This document shows, in pieces, positions 1 to 10,303 of a stretch of DNA of 64,000 nt; position 1 is the first letter of the stretch; each line of letters begins with the position of its first letter. Source of the DNA: Bdellovibrionales bacterium (GTDB lineage Bacteria > Bdellovibrionota > Bdellovibrionia > Bdellovibrionales > Bdellovibrionaceae). The translations under genes and the position numbers were made by a program. Location: contig JANMPT010000003.1 of the NCBI GenBank assembly GCA_031370005.1, positions 1-64,000 of the forward strand, read 5' to 3'. Under the pieces are notes generated by a model, which was not told the DNA's origin, ran no database searches, and saw only the letters and a program-made list of their open reading frames with translations.

Positions 1-32
1 TCCTTAAAACATAAAACAAAAGGATAAACCAA

Positions 33-746
33 ATGGCACGTTTTTTCATATTGGCTTCTTTTTTTAGTTTTTTCATTTCAATAAGGGCAATGGCTCAGCT
101 TACGAGCTCTTCGCCGATGGCTTATTCCACAGACTCAAGCAGCCTTGTTTTTAATTTGGCCTCTGCCCCATTAGGTTCTAACGCCGGTGCCTTTACGGGG
201 CCCGATGGACGAGAGACCGCTGAGTTCGCTACGACAATTAATAACTGCAAACCCAGTCAACTACTTCCGTATCAAAGTTGGGCAGGAATTAAGTCTTACA
301 TTGCCAATATCGTGACCGAGTATGTGTACAATGCCACCTGGAGCCAGGCTGAAACCTGCAGCGGAATTGCAAATCAAAGTGGAGCCACCAATCTGAGAGT
401 CTCTTTTGGAGTCAAGGCTGCTGGCGGCAGCCCAGGTGTAAGTAAAATTGATTTAAATCTCATATTTTCTAGCCAGGCATCAAGCAGCGGAACTCTTGGT
501 GAGAATTCTTATTATTGCGCATCTTGTTCAATAGATCCAGCGGTGGCACAGCCAAATCCATTTGTGCCGACGTTTAATCCAAAAGACAGCGACAGGGCTT
601 TGCAAGTGCAATTAAATTTCACTAATAGCTACTATGTTGAATTTCCACAACAGACCGCGAATAACTGCATGTCTTCTGTAGGCTCAATGAGTGGCAATAT
701 ATTAAATTTGTCCTACGCTGATTTGAAGTCAATAGGAGGAAATTGA
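33..746 (+). CDS. Hypothetical secreted protein
   Basis: 237-aa ORF with AAGGA RBS-like sequence, N-terminal signal peptide (..AMA|Q) and several Cys; no family recognised. Confidence 0.7.
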   Translation: MARFFILASFFSFFISIRAMAQLTSSSPMAYSTDSSSLVFNLASAPLGSNAGAFTGPDGRETAEFATTINNCKPSQLLPYQSWAGIKSYIANIVTEYVYNATWSQAETCSGIANQSGATNLRVSFGVKAAGGSPGVSKIDLNLIFSSQASSSGTLGENSYYCASCSIDPAVAQPNPFVPTFNPKDSDRALQVQLNFTNSYYVEFPQQTANNCMSSVGSMSGNILNLSYADLKSIGGN

Positions 747-946
747 ACGGATAACGATTAAAAACTATACAATTAGCGATGCCACGGAGTTAACACAGCA
801 TGAAGTCATCTCTCAAATTAGGGCAATTGTGATTTTCTTGGAGGCGCAGCGGCAAAAAAGAATACCCAGCAAAGTCCGACGATAGTAAAGCTGGAAAATT
901 TTTTAAATAAAATTACTTTTTTGAAATGTAATTTTTGGAGGTTAAA

Positions 947-1600
947 ATGTTATTAAAGTTTATTTCAAGATGGCTATTTTGCATATCGTCAGTTTTAATT
1001 TTTTTGAATCTAGTAGAACTTCCAATTGTTTTTGCAGCCACTCTTGCAAAAAATGAAAAGAAGAAAATTGAAAAAAGCTCAAGCCCTTCAAGTGAAGAAA
1101 AAACAAAATATTGGTCAAGTCAGGTAAATCCTTCTTTTTTCCTTCGATATCCTGGATGTTGGCAGGCACTACCGCAACCTCATCTCTCAGATGTGCCGGA
1201 CATGCTATTTCTTATTTCGTCAGATAGTTGCCCTAAATCAGAACAAGGAAAATGGCGGATTAATTTTATTGCGCCTCCGGGGGATGTTTTAGTGGGAAAA
1301 CCTGAAGGGCACGGGCAAGAAATGAAACTGAATGAAAAGCTTGTTAAATTTTATGATCAAGTTAAGGCCATTCCAAGTAAAGAAAAGGGAGAAGGACCTA
1401 TGAGCTATATTTTCTGGACGGCAACATTTCCGTGCGGCGAAGTAAAATTAAGTATGCAGTATATAGTTCCCATTGATAAGCAAGATTTAGAAAAGCTTTC
1501 CAAGGATCATATTGTTCCTGAGGTATTTAAGAAATTTATTAATGGTTTTGAATGCCATATTCCAGTTGATCGCCCTAAAAGCTCACTTGATTCCCTTTAA
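947..1600 (+). CDS. Hypothetical exported protein
   Basis: GGAGG RBS before ATG 947; hydrophobic N-terminus; degenerate paralog immediately downstream. Confidence 0.7.
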   Translation: MLLKFISRWLFCISSVLIFLNLVELPIVFAATLAKNEKKKIEKSSSPSSEEKTKYWSSQVNPSFFLRYPGCWQALPQPHLSDVPDMLFLISSDSCPKSEQGKWRINFIAPPGDVLVGKPEGHGQEMKLNEKLVKFYDQVKAIPSKEKGEGPMSYIFWTATFPCGEVKLSMQYIVPIDKQDLEKLSKDHIVPEVFKKFINGFECHIPVDRPKSSLDSL

Positions 1601-1676
1601 TCAGCTATTTTAAAAGTGGAGAGTTTTGCCCCATAGTGATGAAGACGAACAATAAGTTTTAAATAAAAGGGATTCT

Positions 1677-2000
1677 GTGATACCACGAGCGAAGGCATTT
1701 AAAAAATTCATTATCATTGCAAAGCTCCTGGCTTTGTTGAGTTTTGTTAGTTTACCAATGTTCTCCGCATACACCTGTAAAAAACAAGAAACCAAAACGG
1801 CATGAAGCAGGGGAAACAGTCTATATTTTTCAATTCATTATCCAGCATGCTGGATTGAGAATAAAATGATAGTTTTTTTTGATGTTCCCGATCGGCTGGG
1901 CGATAAGCCCGAGTTCGAAAAAGCCGCCAAGAATCATGTCGTTCCTGAGGTGTTTAAAAAATTTGTTGCGAGTTTTCAATGTATAGATTCTGAAAAATAA
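1677..2000 (+). pseudogene. Degenerate paralog of the 947..1600 gene
   Basis: One frame reads ...ETKTA*SRGNSLYFSIHYPACW...KNHVVPEVFKKFVASFQC, matching ...KTKYWSSQVNPSFFLRYPGCW...KDHIVPEVFKKFINGFEC; TGA at 1803-1805 aligns with Trp; the middle of the protein is missing. Confidence 0.75.
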
Positions 2001-2099
2001 AGGGGATTCTCCATATTAAATATCTAATCTATTCGGTGTAACAGGAATTGCCGGGCAACTCGCCCTGCGCCTCAATCTGAGACATCTCTGATTGAAAAC

Positions 2100-2127
2100 T
2101 TAAGACCCCGACCCCTTTCGCCGATAC
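2100..2127 (+). promoter_or_regulatory. Sigma28 (FliA)-type promoter upstream of the subtilase
   Basis: TTAAG-N15-GCCGATAC. Confidence 0.65.
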
Positions 2128-2165
2128 TTAAGAAGAGGACATAGGTATCCAAAGGGGAGAATTTC

Positions 2166-3512
2166 ATGAGGTCATATAATTTGAGTATTTTCATTGGCGG
2201 GGCCTTTGTTCTTTTTATCGCTGCCTTCGGAACCTATCAGCACTTCCAAAATGACTCTCCTCTTCGCAGCAGCAACTCTATCAAAAAAAATGGACGACTT
2301 GAGGAATCCAAAATCACTTCAAAAACGGAAGCTGTCGACAATGAGCCCAGCGCTCTTTTTAATGACCCGGCCATCAATCAAGCTTGGGGTTTAAAAAAAT
2401 CCGATGCGGTCCGCGCCTGGTCGGTTTCTAAAGGAAGCCACGATATAATTGTCGCTGTGATCGATACCGGAGCAGATGTAAAACACGAAGACTTAGATAC
2501 AAATATCTGGAATAATCCTGGCGAAACTGGCCGCGATGCCCACGGCCTCGACAAGGCATCCAATGGCATTGATGACGATGGCAATGGTTTTATTGACGAC
2601 GTTCATGGCTGGAACTTTGTTTCCAACAATGGCAACCTTACTGACAATCATGGTCACGGCACTCATATCGCTGGGATTATTGGAGCCAAAGCAGGAAATG
2701 GCAAAGGAATCAGCGGAATCTCTCCGGAGGTCAGCTTGATGATTCTGAAATATTATGATCCAAAAATCGCCGGCACGGACAACTTGAAAAACACCGTGGC
2801 TTCTATCAAATATGCTGTAAAAATGGGCGCGAACATTATCAATTACTCTGGCGGCGGAACTGAGTACAGCCAAGAGGAACACGATGCCATCGTCGAAGCT
2901 GAAAAAAAGGGAATCCTCTTTGTTGCAGCAGCAGGAAATGAAAGATCGAACTCCGATCAGTTCAAATACTATCCAGCAGACTACGGTCTTTCAAATATCA
3001 TCTCGGTAACAGCTATTGATCCAAGCACCGAGGTTCTTTCTTCAAGCAACTATGGAACTGTAACTGTTGACATTGCGGCACCTGGGCAAAACATTTTGTC
3101 ATGCTTGCCAGGGAATGCCTATGGGTACATGACGGGGACCTCGCAAGCAACGGCCTTTGTCTCTGGAGCTGCCGCCCTTGTAATGGCGCGCCGGGGGGCT
3201 TTTAAAGCCGTTGATATTAAGAAATATATTCTTTCAACCGGAGATGCCGAGGCCTCGCTGGTCGCAAAGACAAGAACCTCTCGTCAGTTGAATCTCTATA
3301 AAGCATTGACGATTCTAGATCAGGGCATTGGACTCAGTGGCGTGGCCGCAGCAAATATGGGAAAATCTAGCAACGAAGAGTTTAGTGTTGATCCCAATGT
3401 TGGAAAACAAAAAAATGTAACATCTGAAATGACGAGCTTTGGAAAGTCTTTAATCAAGAATATGGAAAGAACAGGGCGCATTGGAGAAAAACAAAATTTT
3501 CCTCCAAATTAA
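2166..3512 (+). CDS. S8 family subtilisin-like serine protease
   Basis: Catalytic triad motifs VIDTG, HGTHIAG, GTSQA; AAAGN oxyanion motif; N-terminal membrane/signal segment. Confidence 0.95.
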   Translation: MRSYNLSIFIGGAFVLFIAAFGTYQHFQNDSPLRSSNSIKKNGRLEESKITSKTEAVDNEPSALFNDPAINQAWGLKKSDAVRAWSVSKGSHDIIVAVIDTGADVKHEDLDTNIWNNPGETGRDAHGLDKASNGIDDDGNGFIDDVHGWNFVSNNGNLTDNHGHGTHIAGIIGAKAGNGKGISGISPEVSLMILKYYDPKIAGTDNLKNTVASIKYAVKMGANIINYSGGGTEYSQEEHDAIVEAEKKGILFVAAAGNERSNSDQFKYYPADYGLSNIISVTAIDPSTEVLSSSNYGTVTVDIAAPGQNILSCLPGNAYGYMTGTSQATAFVSGAAALVMARRGAFKAVDIKKYILSTGDAEASLVAKTRTSRQLNLYKALTILDQGIGLSGVAAANMGKSSNEEFSVDPNVGKQKNVTSEMTSFGKSLIKNMERTGRIGEKQNFPPN

Positions 3513-3518
3513 CTCTCT

Positions 3519-4382
3519 CTAAAAATCAGAGATTTTATCAGCCAGCTCGGGGTAATCAATAAATGGGTTCCGATTACCCTGAAGCGCATAAATCTTATCA
3601 TTGCGATCCATCTCTTCTTCGTCCACAGGATCGTCCCTATTCCACTTGCGAAGAACCGCTTCTAACTTGGCTTCAATTGGCATATCATAACGAGTTGAGA
3701 AATAAAGCAAAGCTCGCGCAAGGTTTCCACGGTGTTCTTTGGGCGGCTCAAACACATCTGCGCCGCCAGAAGAAGTTTTTCCGAAGCGTACGTTTTTGCA
3801 TTTCAAATTCTTGGTATCCGTTACGACCTCGCCAAACCAACCGTTACCACGAATAGCATTCATTTGCGAATCTGTAGGGAACAAGTGATGCATATCTGAT
3901 TTCTGAAGCATTGTTGAATATCTGCCGGAAAAACGGCTTTGTGGCCAGGTGTGCTCAGCGTTGATCACAGTGCTATCTGGGATATTCCCAGGGCCAGGGG
4001 CATTTCCATTTTTAAAATCTTCGGCCATGTGATTGTGGTCGCAATAGACGTCTTTCACGCCATATCCCTTATCATCCTTAATCAAGTAGAAATTACCGAA
4101 TAAAAAAACTCGGGCAGCTTCATAACCAACTGCCGTATGGACGTAGCACTTGGGGCCCGCGCAATTCGGAGTGATTTGATCAAGCGAACCCGCTTGCGGT
4201 GTGTGGTAAACCTTTAAGATAAGCTTGAGTCGCATAGCTAGGTTCTTATCTGCAACGCCAGCATTGAGATCTTGATAAAACTCTTCACCATAGTAAGGAA
4301 TTTTTTCGCTAAAAAGAGCTGCTTGAGCTATGCATGAAAAGAAAAACGGAAAAAGGATCGCCGATTTAATGAAGTTTGTCAT
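3519..4382 (-). CDS. Secreted endonuclease I family nuclease
   Basis: NAEHTWPQS, SDMHHLFP, RGNLARALLYF and QGNRNPFID motifs; signal peptide from ATG 4382. Confidence 0.9.
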   Translation of the reverse strand: MTNFIKSAILFPFFFSCIAQAALFSEKIPYYGEEFYQDLNAGVADKNLAMRLKLILKVYHTPQAGSLDQITPNCAGPKCYVHTAVGYEAARVFLFGNFYLIKDDKGYGVKDVYCDHNHMAEDFKNGNAPGPGNIPDSTVINAEHTWPQSRFSGRYSTMLQKSDMHHLFPTDSQMNAIRGNGWFGEVVTDTKNLKCKNVRFGKTSSGGADVFEPPKEHRGNLARALLYFSTRYDMPIEAKLEAVLRKWNRDDPVDEEEMDRNDKIYALQGNRNPFIDYPELADKISDF

Positions 4383-4452
4383 ATTGCCCCTCTGCCGGGC
4401 AATATCGCGGAACCATAAAGACGAAGTCAATTAGGAAGCTTCGAATTGAATT

Positions 4453-5244
4453 TTATTGATGAAAATCTGAAAGAGAGATTCTGCCCTTCCAGAAAAGAAT
4501 AAGTCCGAAAGTTAATAAAATCATGGCAACTCCGGCGCCTACTAAATTACGCAAGCCAAGACTAAAAGAACCTATTGAAATCATTAAAATGGATACGCAC
4601 ACCGGAGCCCATAATATATATTTATGCCAAATTTGACGTGGCGCAGCAGGTCTTTGCTGAAAACTCAGATCCCCTTCTGCTTTTCTGGAAAGTACCACTT
4701 GTAAAAGACCCTGTGCTTTTAAAAGCATACCCTGAGAGATCTCATCAGTTCCACCCTGAGCACTTTTAAGTTCTTCATATTTTAAAATTGCAAAACGAAG
4801 GGCATCCAACTGATAGCAACTATTTAAAAAGTCCTCGTGAAGATCTCTATTATCAAAATTCAACATAAGATTTTTCCACTTACGAACCAGGCTTGGCTGC
4901 GCTTTCAAAGTGGGATCTAAGGGCAGATCTTCCAGACGCGATAAAATCACGTGGCAGGCGTAGCACTCTTCAGTCCCTTTACTTCCAAACTTATTGCCAT
5001 TCTTAGCATTGAGGGCCCCACATTTTGGACAAGCGCTTAAATTCTGTTTTTCCCGATCCACACTGTTTTTTACCAGCGTGAAGGTTTGAATCTCCTGCAA
5101 GTTCGTCACCGGATATTGAAAGCTGAACCTAGTTGAGCAAGACACACAATCAAATTGAGGCAAATGGCTTTTGATATCAGCAACACAAACCTCATAAAGC
5201 TTAGCGCATAAAGGGCAACGCAGTCTTAGCTTTTCCATTTCCAT
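4453..5244 (-). CDS. Zinc-ribbon domain membrane protein
   Basis: Four CxxC motifs (CPLC, CVSC, CPKC, CYAC) and two C-terminal TM helices. Confidence 0.7.
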   Translation of the reverse strand: MEMEKLRLRCPLCAKLYEVCVADIKSHLPQFDCVSCSTRFSFQYPVTNLQEIQTFTLVKNSVDREKQNLSACPKCGALNAKNGNKFGSKGTEECYACHVILSRLEDLPLDPTLKAQPSLVRKWKNLMLNFDNRDLHEDFLNSCYQLDALRFAILKYEELKSAQGGTDEISQGMLLKAQGLLQVVLSRKAEGDLSFQQRPAAPRQIWHKYILWAPVCVSILMISIGSFSLGLRNLVGAGVAMILLTFGLILFWKGRISLSDFHQ

Positions 5245-5263
5245 CCTTAATGTTACAAAGTCT

Positions 5264-6874
5264 ATGATGGGTAATATTCAAGCATTTTTCAAGCACTATT
5301 CTTTACGAAATTTTCTATGGCCATTTGTTTCTGGTCTACTTATCGGTACCAGTTACATTCCTTTTCCACCATGGGCACTTCTTTTTTGCTATATTCCGCT
5401 TTGGCTTTTTCTTTTTCATCGAGTGAAAACCTGGAAGGATGCTTTCGCTGCTGGGTGGTGGACCCAATTTACCCTGTCCCTTATTGGCTTTCATTGGATT
5501 GCTTATGTCAGCTATGAATTTGGCGGCTTTCCATGGCCACTAGCCTTGTTAGTACTTTTGCTGTTTGCGGCTCTTGCGCATCTCTATATTCCATTGGCAC
5601 TCACCCTTGTATTTTTTCTAAAGAAAAAATACACCTGGAGCCTCAGCAAAACCCTGTTGGCCTCAGCGCTTTTTCTGAGCCTTGCTGAAAGAGCTTGGCC
5701 AAGCATCTTTCCATGGCATCTCGGCTATACCTTGTTATGGAGCAAGATGCCTGCGTACAACTGGGCAGATGTTTTTGGCTTCGAAGGTCTTTCAACAATT
5801 ATTTTACTTCTAAACGCCTGGCTTGCATGGATTTGGGAACATCGCCACCAGCGTGGCACTTTACAAAAGCACGGACTATTATTTATTATCTTTTTAGTAC
5901 TCATTAATCTGGGAGGCTATCTCCATGGACAAATCTGGAACGAATTTGATCGCAAATTAAAAGTTTCTATCATTCAGGCAGACATTGGCAATATGGAGAA
6001 GGTTTATGCCGAAAAGGGCCAGGGCTTTCAAGATGAGATCGTTAATAAATTCATACAACTGACTCGCGAAGCTGTTGCAGAAACCCCCAATACTGAACTA
6101 ATTGTTTGGCCAGAAACGGCTTTCCCTGATTACCTTGACACCTGGAACGCCAATGCACGAATTCCGCTTTCTCTTGCCGCTGGACTTCAACCCCTTGGGA
6201 AAACATTGCTCACAGGGGCCTATGCCAAAGATGCGCCCGGTGAAAAATCCCCGCGCCAAACATACAATGCACTTTTCTTGGTGGATTCAAGCGCCCACCA
6301 AATCGGAGAAGCATACCATAAAACAAATCTTCTTGCCTTTGGCGAATACCTTCCCTTCAGTGAGCGCTTTCCGATTTTGTTAAAACTTCTGCCTTTTATT
6401 TCAAATTTTGGTCGCGGCCATGGGCCAGAGATTTTTATTTACCCTCATCCAGAGGGTGATATTAAAATTGGCGGTCAAATATGCTATGAGGGACTTTACC
6501 CTGAATTCACCAGAGGGCTTGCTGAAAAACAGGCAGATATTCTTGTCAATGTCACCAATGACTCTTGGTTTGGCTGGCCCTTTGAGCCCCATCAGCATAT
6601 GTTGATGACCCTAGCGCGAGCCATTGAGGTCCGCAGACCCCTGATTCGTTCAACAAACACCGGCATTAGCACCCTTATTTTGGCGAACGGTGATGTTTTA
6701 CAACAGTCACCATTGCACAAAGAATGGCAAGGCAGCTATGACCTGCAAATGAAAAAAAATTCCCCTACGACGGATTTCGTATTGTGGGGACACTATGATT
6801 GGATATTAATTTTAATTGGATTGATCATTTTATTGATCAAAGGTGTATTGGATGCAAAACCTTATCGCGCTTGA
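5264..6874 (+). CDS. lnt: Apolipoprotein N-acyltransferase
   Basis: Multi-TM N-terminus; CN-hydrolase motifs WPETA, K..LLAFGEY, QICYEG, TNDSWF, RAIE.RRP..RSTNTG. Confidence 0.95.
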   Translation: MMGNIQAFFKHYSLRNFLWPFVSGLLIGTSYIPFPPWALLFCYIPLWLFLFHRVKTWKDAFAAGWWTQFTLSLIGFHWIAYVSYEFGGFPWPLALLVLLLFAALAHLYIPLALTLVFFLKKKYTWSLSKTLLASALFLSLAERAWPSIFPWHLGYTLLWSKMPAYNWADVFGFEGLSTIILLLNAWLAWIWEHRHQRGTLQKHGLLFIIFLVLINLGGYLHGQIWNEFDRKLKVSIIQADIGNMEKVYAEKGQGFQDEIVNKFIQLTREAVAETPNTELIVWPETAFPDYLDTWNANARIPLSLAAGLQPLGKTLLTGAYAKDAPGEKSPRQTYNALFLVDSSAHQIGEAYHKTNLLAFGEYLPFSERFPILLKLLPFISNFGRGHGPEIFIYPHPEGDIKIGGQICYEGLYPEFTRGLAEKQADILVNVTNDSWFGWPFEPHQHMLMTLARAIEVRRPLIRSTNTGISTLILANGDVLQQSPLHKEWQGSYDLQMKKNSPTTDFVLWGHYDWILILIGLIILLIKGVLDAKPYRA

Positions 6875-9191
6875 TTGGAATGAAATTCTTGAAAAAATTC
6901 GCAGCTATGCCACCAGTGGATCTGCCAAAACTAGAATTCTAGAAATCGGCCCGCTTGCAAATCCCACATTGGCACAACTGAGTTTTCAAGAAATTACTGA
7001 AGCCGCCGAGCTCCTTGCTGAGGGGGTTCGCCCCTATATGCAGAGCTTAGATCTTTTTCCTATTTGGTATCCACGTCTTAAGAAAAAGGCCATGCTCAAA
7101 ACTCTTGAGATCAAAGACGTTCGTGATTTTTGTCTTGAAGCTGTGGCTCTGCAAGAGGCACTCTCAACCCATAACACTCACTGGTCGAAAAAAATCAGTT
7201 CTCAACTGATAGCGGGTGGGGAATCACTTTCGGCCATTGATCAAATTCTCGCACCAAATGGCGAGATCCGGTCCGATGCCAGTGAAAAACTTTATAATCT
7301 TTTTCGTGAAAAAGAAAAACTGGCCCGCGAGGTTCAAACCAGTTTGGACCGCTTGGTAAAAGATCACCAAATGGAAAACAGTCTGCAAGATAAATATGTG
7401 ACCACCCGAGAGGGTCGCTGGGTATTACCTGTGCGTGGAGGAATGCAGCACTATGTTCCTGGTGTCATTCATGGCTCATCGCAAAGCAAACAGACTGTTT
7501 TCATAGAACCAGAAAAAATAATTCCACTTAATAATCGCCTTCGTCAAATTGAAGTCGATATCGAAGATGAAGTTGAAAGGCTTCTCATAGAGCTTTCAAA
7601 TTACCTTTCGTCTCAGGCTGAAGACTTCCACCGTAGCTTTGGACTTTTGGAAGAAGCAGACATTCGTTTAGCTCAAGCGCAGTTTAAATCTATGATCAAT
7701 GGCGCTTCTGTGGAGTTTGCTGTAGGGCCTGCAGCTGATAGCTTTGAGTTAATCGAGGTGCGCCATCCACTCTTGCAGCTTTCAGGAAAATTTATAGTGG
7801 CCAACACGGTGCTTTTAAACTCAAAGAAATCTATTTTGCTTTTATCCGGTCCCAATGCTGGAGGCAAAACCGTTTTGCTTAAATCCATTGGCCTTGCAGC
7901 CCAAATGGCACGCTGTGGGCTGCCCATTTGCGCCAGTGAAAGTTCGCGCATTCCTTTCTTTAAAGATATCTTAATCGGTATCGGTGACGCACAAAGCGTC
8001 GATGAAGAGCTAAGTACCTTCGCCGCCCATTTGAAAATTCTGACTAAAGCGACCCAGATGAAGGGTTCTGATCATTTGGTTCTAATCGATGAGATCTGCG
8101 GATCCACTGATCCAGAAGAGGGCAGCGCTCTCGGTCGCAGTTTTATTGAAGCTTTTTCGAAAAATAATGTTTATGCAGTCATTACTTCCCATTTAGGCCC
8201 CCTTAAATCCGGCTGGACAGATCAAGATCATGTTTTAAATGGCTGCCTTGAGTACAACTCCAAATCAGGCAGGCCAACTTATCAATTTCTTTCAGGCATC
8301 CCTGGTGATTCACTAGCTATTCAAACTGCAAAGCGCGTTGGCGTTAGCAATGAGATTGTTGAACGAGCCATAGAAGTCTTGTCCCCGACATCACGAATTC
8401 GTTTGCAGGGACTTGAACAAATAGAGCAACTAAAAAGTGATATCGCACTTTTGCAAGAACACCTACACAGTGAAACAAAAAAAGCTACCGCAACTAAAAA
8501 CAAATACGAAAGCTTACTAAATCAGTTCAATAAAGAAAAAGAAGCGTCTTTAACTAAAACTTTGAAAAAAGCGGAAAAAAAGGTCGACGAAGCTATTGGT
8601 CTCGCTAAAGCCGGAGACATCTTTGCTCGCCATCGCAATCTTCAAGACATTAAGTATAAACTTCCTGAAATCGTGAAAGCGCAACCGATCAGTACAGGCA
8701 GTATTAATTCTGCTGAGGACTTTACTAAAAAATTTCCGACGGGCTCAAAGGTTTTTATCCCCTCCCTAAATCAAGATGGTATCATCCAAAGCGCGCCCAA
8801 CTCAAAGGGCGAAGTGATGACCCTGTCGAATTCAATTCGCTTGCTGCTGTCATGGCAAGAGCTTCGTTCTCCTGAAAAACCACAAAATCCAACAGCATTG
8901 CTTGTAAGAAAAAACTCTGCATTCACTGTCGCACTAAATGACAGTGAGACCATTTTGGATTTACGTGGAAAAACTGTGGAAGCAGCCCTCGATGATTTAG
9001 AAGTGGCATTAGATAAAGCGGCACATATCCATGAGGATCGTCTAAAGATCATTCATGGACATGGTACCGAGGCTTTGAAAAAATCCATACGTACTTATTT
9101 ATCTCGCAGTATTTATGTAAAAAAATGGAAAGCCGGAGCCCCTGAAACTGGCGGCGACGGGATCACTTGGGTGGAATTAAATTTAGAATAA
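6852..9191 (+). CDS. mutS2: Endonuclease MutS2
   Basis: SGPNAGGKT Walker A, LSTFAAH, DEICGSTDPEEG, C-terminal Smr domain (LDLRG..IIHGHGT). Confidence 0.95.
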   Translation: MQNLIALDWNEILEKIRSYATSGSAKTRILEIGPLANPTLAQLSFQEITEAAELLAEGVRPYMQSLDLFPIWYPRLKKKAMLKTLEIKDVRDFCLEAVALQEALSTHNTHWSKKISSQLIAGGESLSAIDQILAPNGEIRSDASEKLYNLFREKEKLAREVQTSLDRLVKDHQMENSLQDKYVTTREGRWVLPVRGGMQHYVPGVIHGSSQSKQTVFIEPEKIIPLNNRLRQIEVDIEDEVERLLIELSNYLSSQAEDFHRSFGLLEEADIRLAQAQFKSMINGASVEFAVGPAADSFELIEVRHPLLQLSGKFIVANTVLLNSKKSILLLSGPNAGGKTVLLKSIGLAAQMARCGLPICASESSRIPFFKDILIGIGDAQSVDEELSTFAAHLKILTKATQMKGSDHLVLIDEICGSTDPEEGSALGRSFIEAFSKNNVYAVITSHLGPLKSGWTDQDHVLNGCLEYNSKSGRPTYQFLSGIPGDSLAIQTAKRVGVSNEIVERAIEVLSPTSRIRLQGLEQIEQLKSDIALLQEHLHSETKKATATKNKYESLLNQFNKEKEASLTKTLKKAEKKVDEAIGLAKAGDIFARHRNLQDIKYKLPEIVKAQPISTGSINSAEDFTKKFPTGSKVFIPSLNQDGIIQSAPNSKGEVMTLSNSIRLLLSWQELRSPEKPQNPTALLVRKNSAFTVALNDSETILDLRGKTVEAALDDLEVALDKAAHIHEDRLKIIHGHGTEALKKSIRTYLSRSIYVKKWKAGAPETGGDGITWVELNLE

Positions 9192-9198
9192 TTCACCC

Positions 9199-9226
9199 TC
9201 AAGTTTTTTATAAAATCAGCCGATTT
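9199..9226 (+). promoter_or_regulatory. Sigma28-type promoter upstream of the peroxidase-kinase pair
   Basis: TCAAG-N15-GCCGATTT. Confidence 0.55.
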
Positions 9227-9289
9227 ATAACATATAAATAATATTACATGATGCCTGTCTCTTTTTAAGACAGAGTTATCTCGAGGGCC

Positions 9290-10303
9290 ATGCTGAAGCT
9301 AATCAAATTATCATTTATTATGCCATTTAACTTATCCTTCAGTTTTGCCATGGCTGCAGAGGGGAACTTCAGTTTATCGTCGAACGAACCTATAACCCCC
9401 ATAAGTATTTATGGTGATGACTCAGGCGAAGGTCAGGCGAAAATTATCTTGGGCAGACAGCTTTTTGAAGACAATCGCCTTTCAAGGGATCAGACGATTT
9501 CCTGTGCAAGCTGCCATAATCTTCATCATGGCGGAGTAGACGGTAAAGCAAGATCAACCGGTATCAATGGTGCGCTTGGAGATATCAATACACCAACAGT
9601 TTTCAACAGCGGTTTTAATTTTCGACAATTTTGGAACGGCCGTGCAAAAAGCCTCGAAGAACAGATCGATGGCCCAATTCAGCATTCAAAAGAAATGGGT
9701 GCGAAATGGGAAGATGTCGTCGCCGTACTCAAGAGAGATAAGCAATATTTGTCTATGTTTTCGCTTTCCTATAAGGATGGGATCACAAAAGAAAATATTA
9801 AAAATGCCATTGCAAGCTTTGAAAGATCTCTTGTGACTCCAAATTCTCGTTTTGATCAATTCCTTAATGGAAACAAGGACGCAATTTCAGCATTAGAAAA
9901 AACTGGCTACCAGCGCTTCAAGTCCTTTGGCTGTATTGCATGCCATCAAGGCATGAATGTTGGTGGCAATATGTATCAAACAATGGGGGTTATGGGGGAC
10001 TATTTCAAAGACAGGGGCTTGCCGATAATAGATGCTGATCTCGGGCGCTACTCTATAACAAAGGAGACCCTAGATAAGTATGTTTTTCGAGTCCCAAGCT
10101 TAAGAAACGTAGAGTTAACTGCGCCCTATTTTCATGATGCTTACGCTAAAACTCTAGAACAAGCTGTTTCCGTCATGGCTAAGTATCAGCTCGGAAGAAT
10201 GCTTTCAAAAGAAGATATCGATTCCATTGTGGCATTTTTAAAAACCCTCACCGGCGAACCGCCAAAAATACTCTCACAAACGCAAAAGGCGAATTCAAAA
10301 TGA
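9290..10303 (+). CDS. Di-heme cytochrome c peroxidase family protein
   Basis: CASCH and CIACH heme motifs, QFWNGRA, FRVPSLRNVELTAPYFHD. Confidence 0.9.
   Translation: MLKLIKLSFIMPFNLSFSFAMAAEGNFSLSSNEPITPISIYGDDSGEGQAKIILGRQLFEDNRLSRDQTISCASCHNLHHGGVDGKARSTGINGALGDINTPTVFNSGFNFRQFWNGRAKSLEEQIDGPIQHSKEMGAKWEDVVAVLKRDKQYLSMFSLSYKDGITKENIKNAIASFERSLVTPNSRFDQFLNGNKDAISALEKTGYQRFKSFGCIACHQGMNVGGNMYQTMGVMGDYFKDRGLPIIDADLGRYSITKETLDKYVFRVPSLRNVELTAPYFHDAYAKTLEQAVSVMAKYQLGRMLSKEDIDSIVAFLKTLTGEPPKILSQTQKANSK

Noticed and set aside
1803..1805. TGA recoded as Trp or Sec
   Set aside because: TGA is an ordinary stop for many genes here (lnt, nusB, nrdR), Trp is TGG elsewhere, and the same frame also has a large deletion.
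2071..2083. CTCA-N3-TGAGAC palindrome as a global regulator site (similar sequence near 44409)
   Set aside because: Too few and too degenerate copies in this window to support a call.
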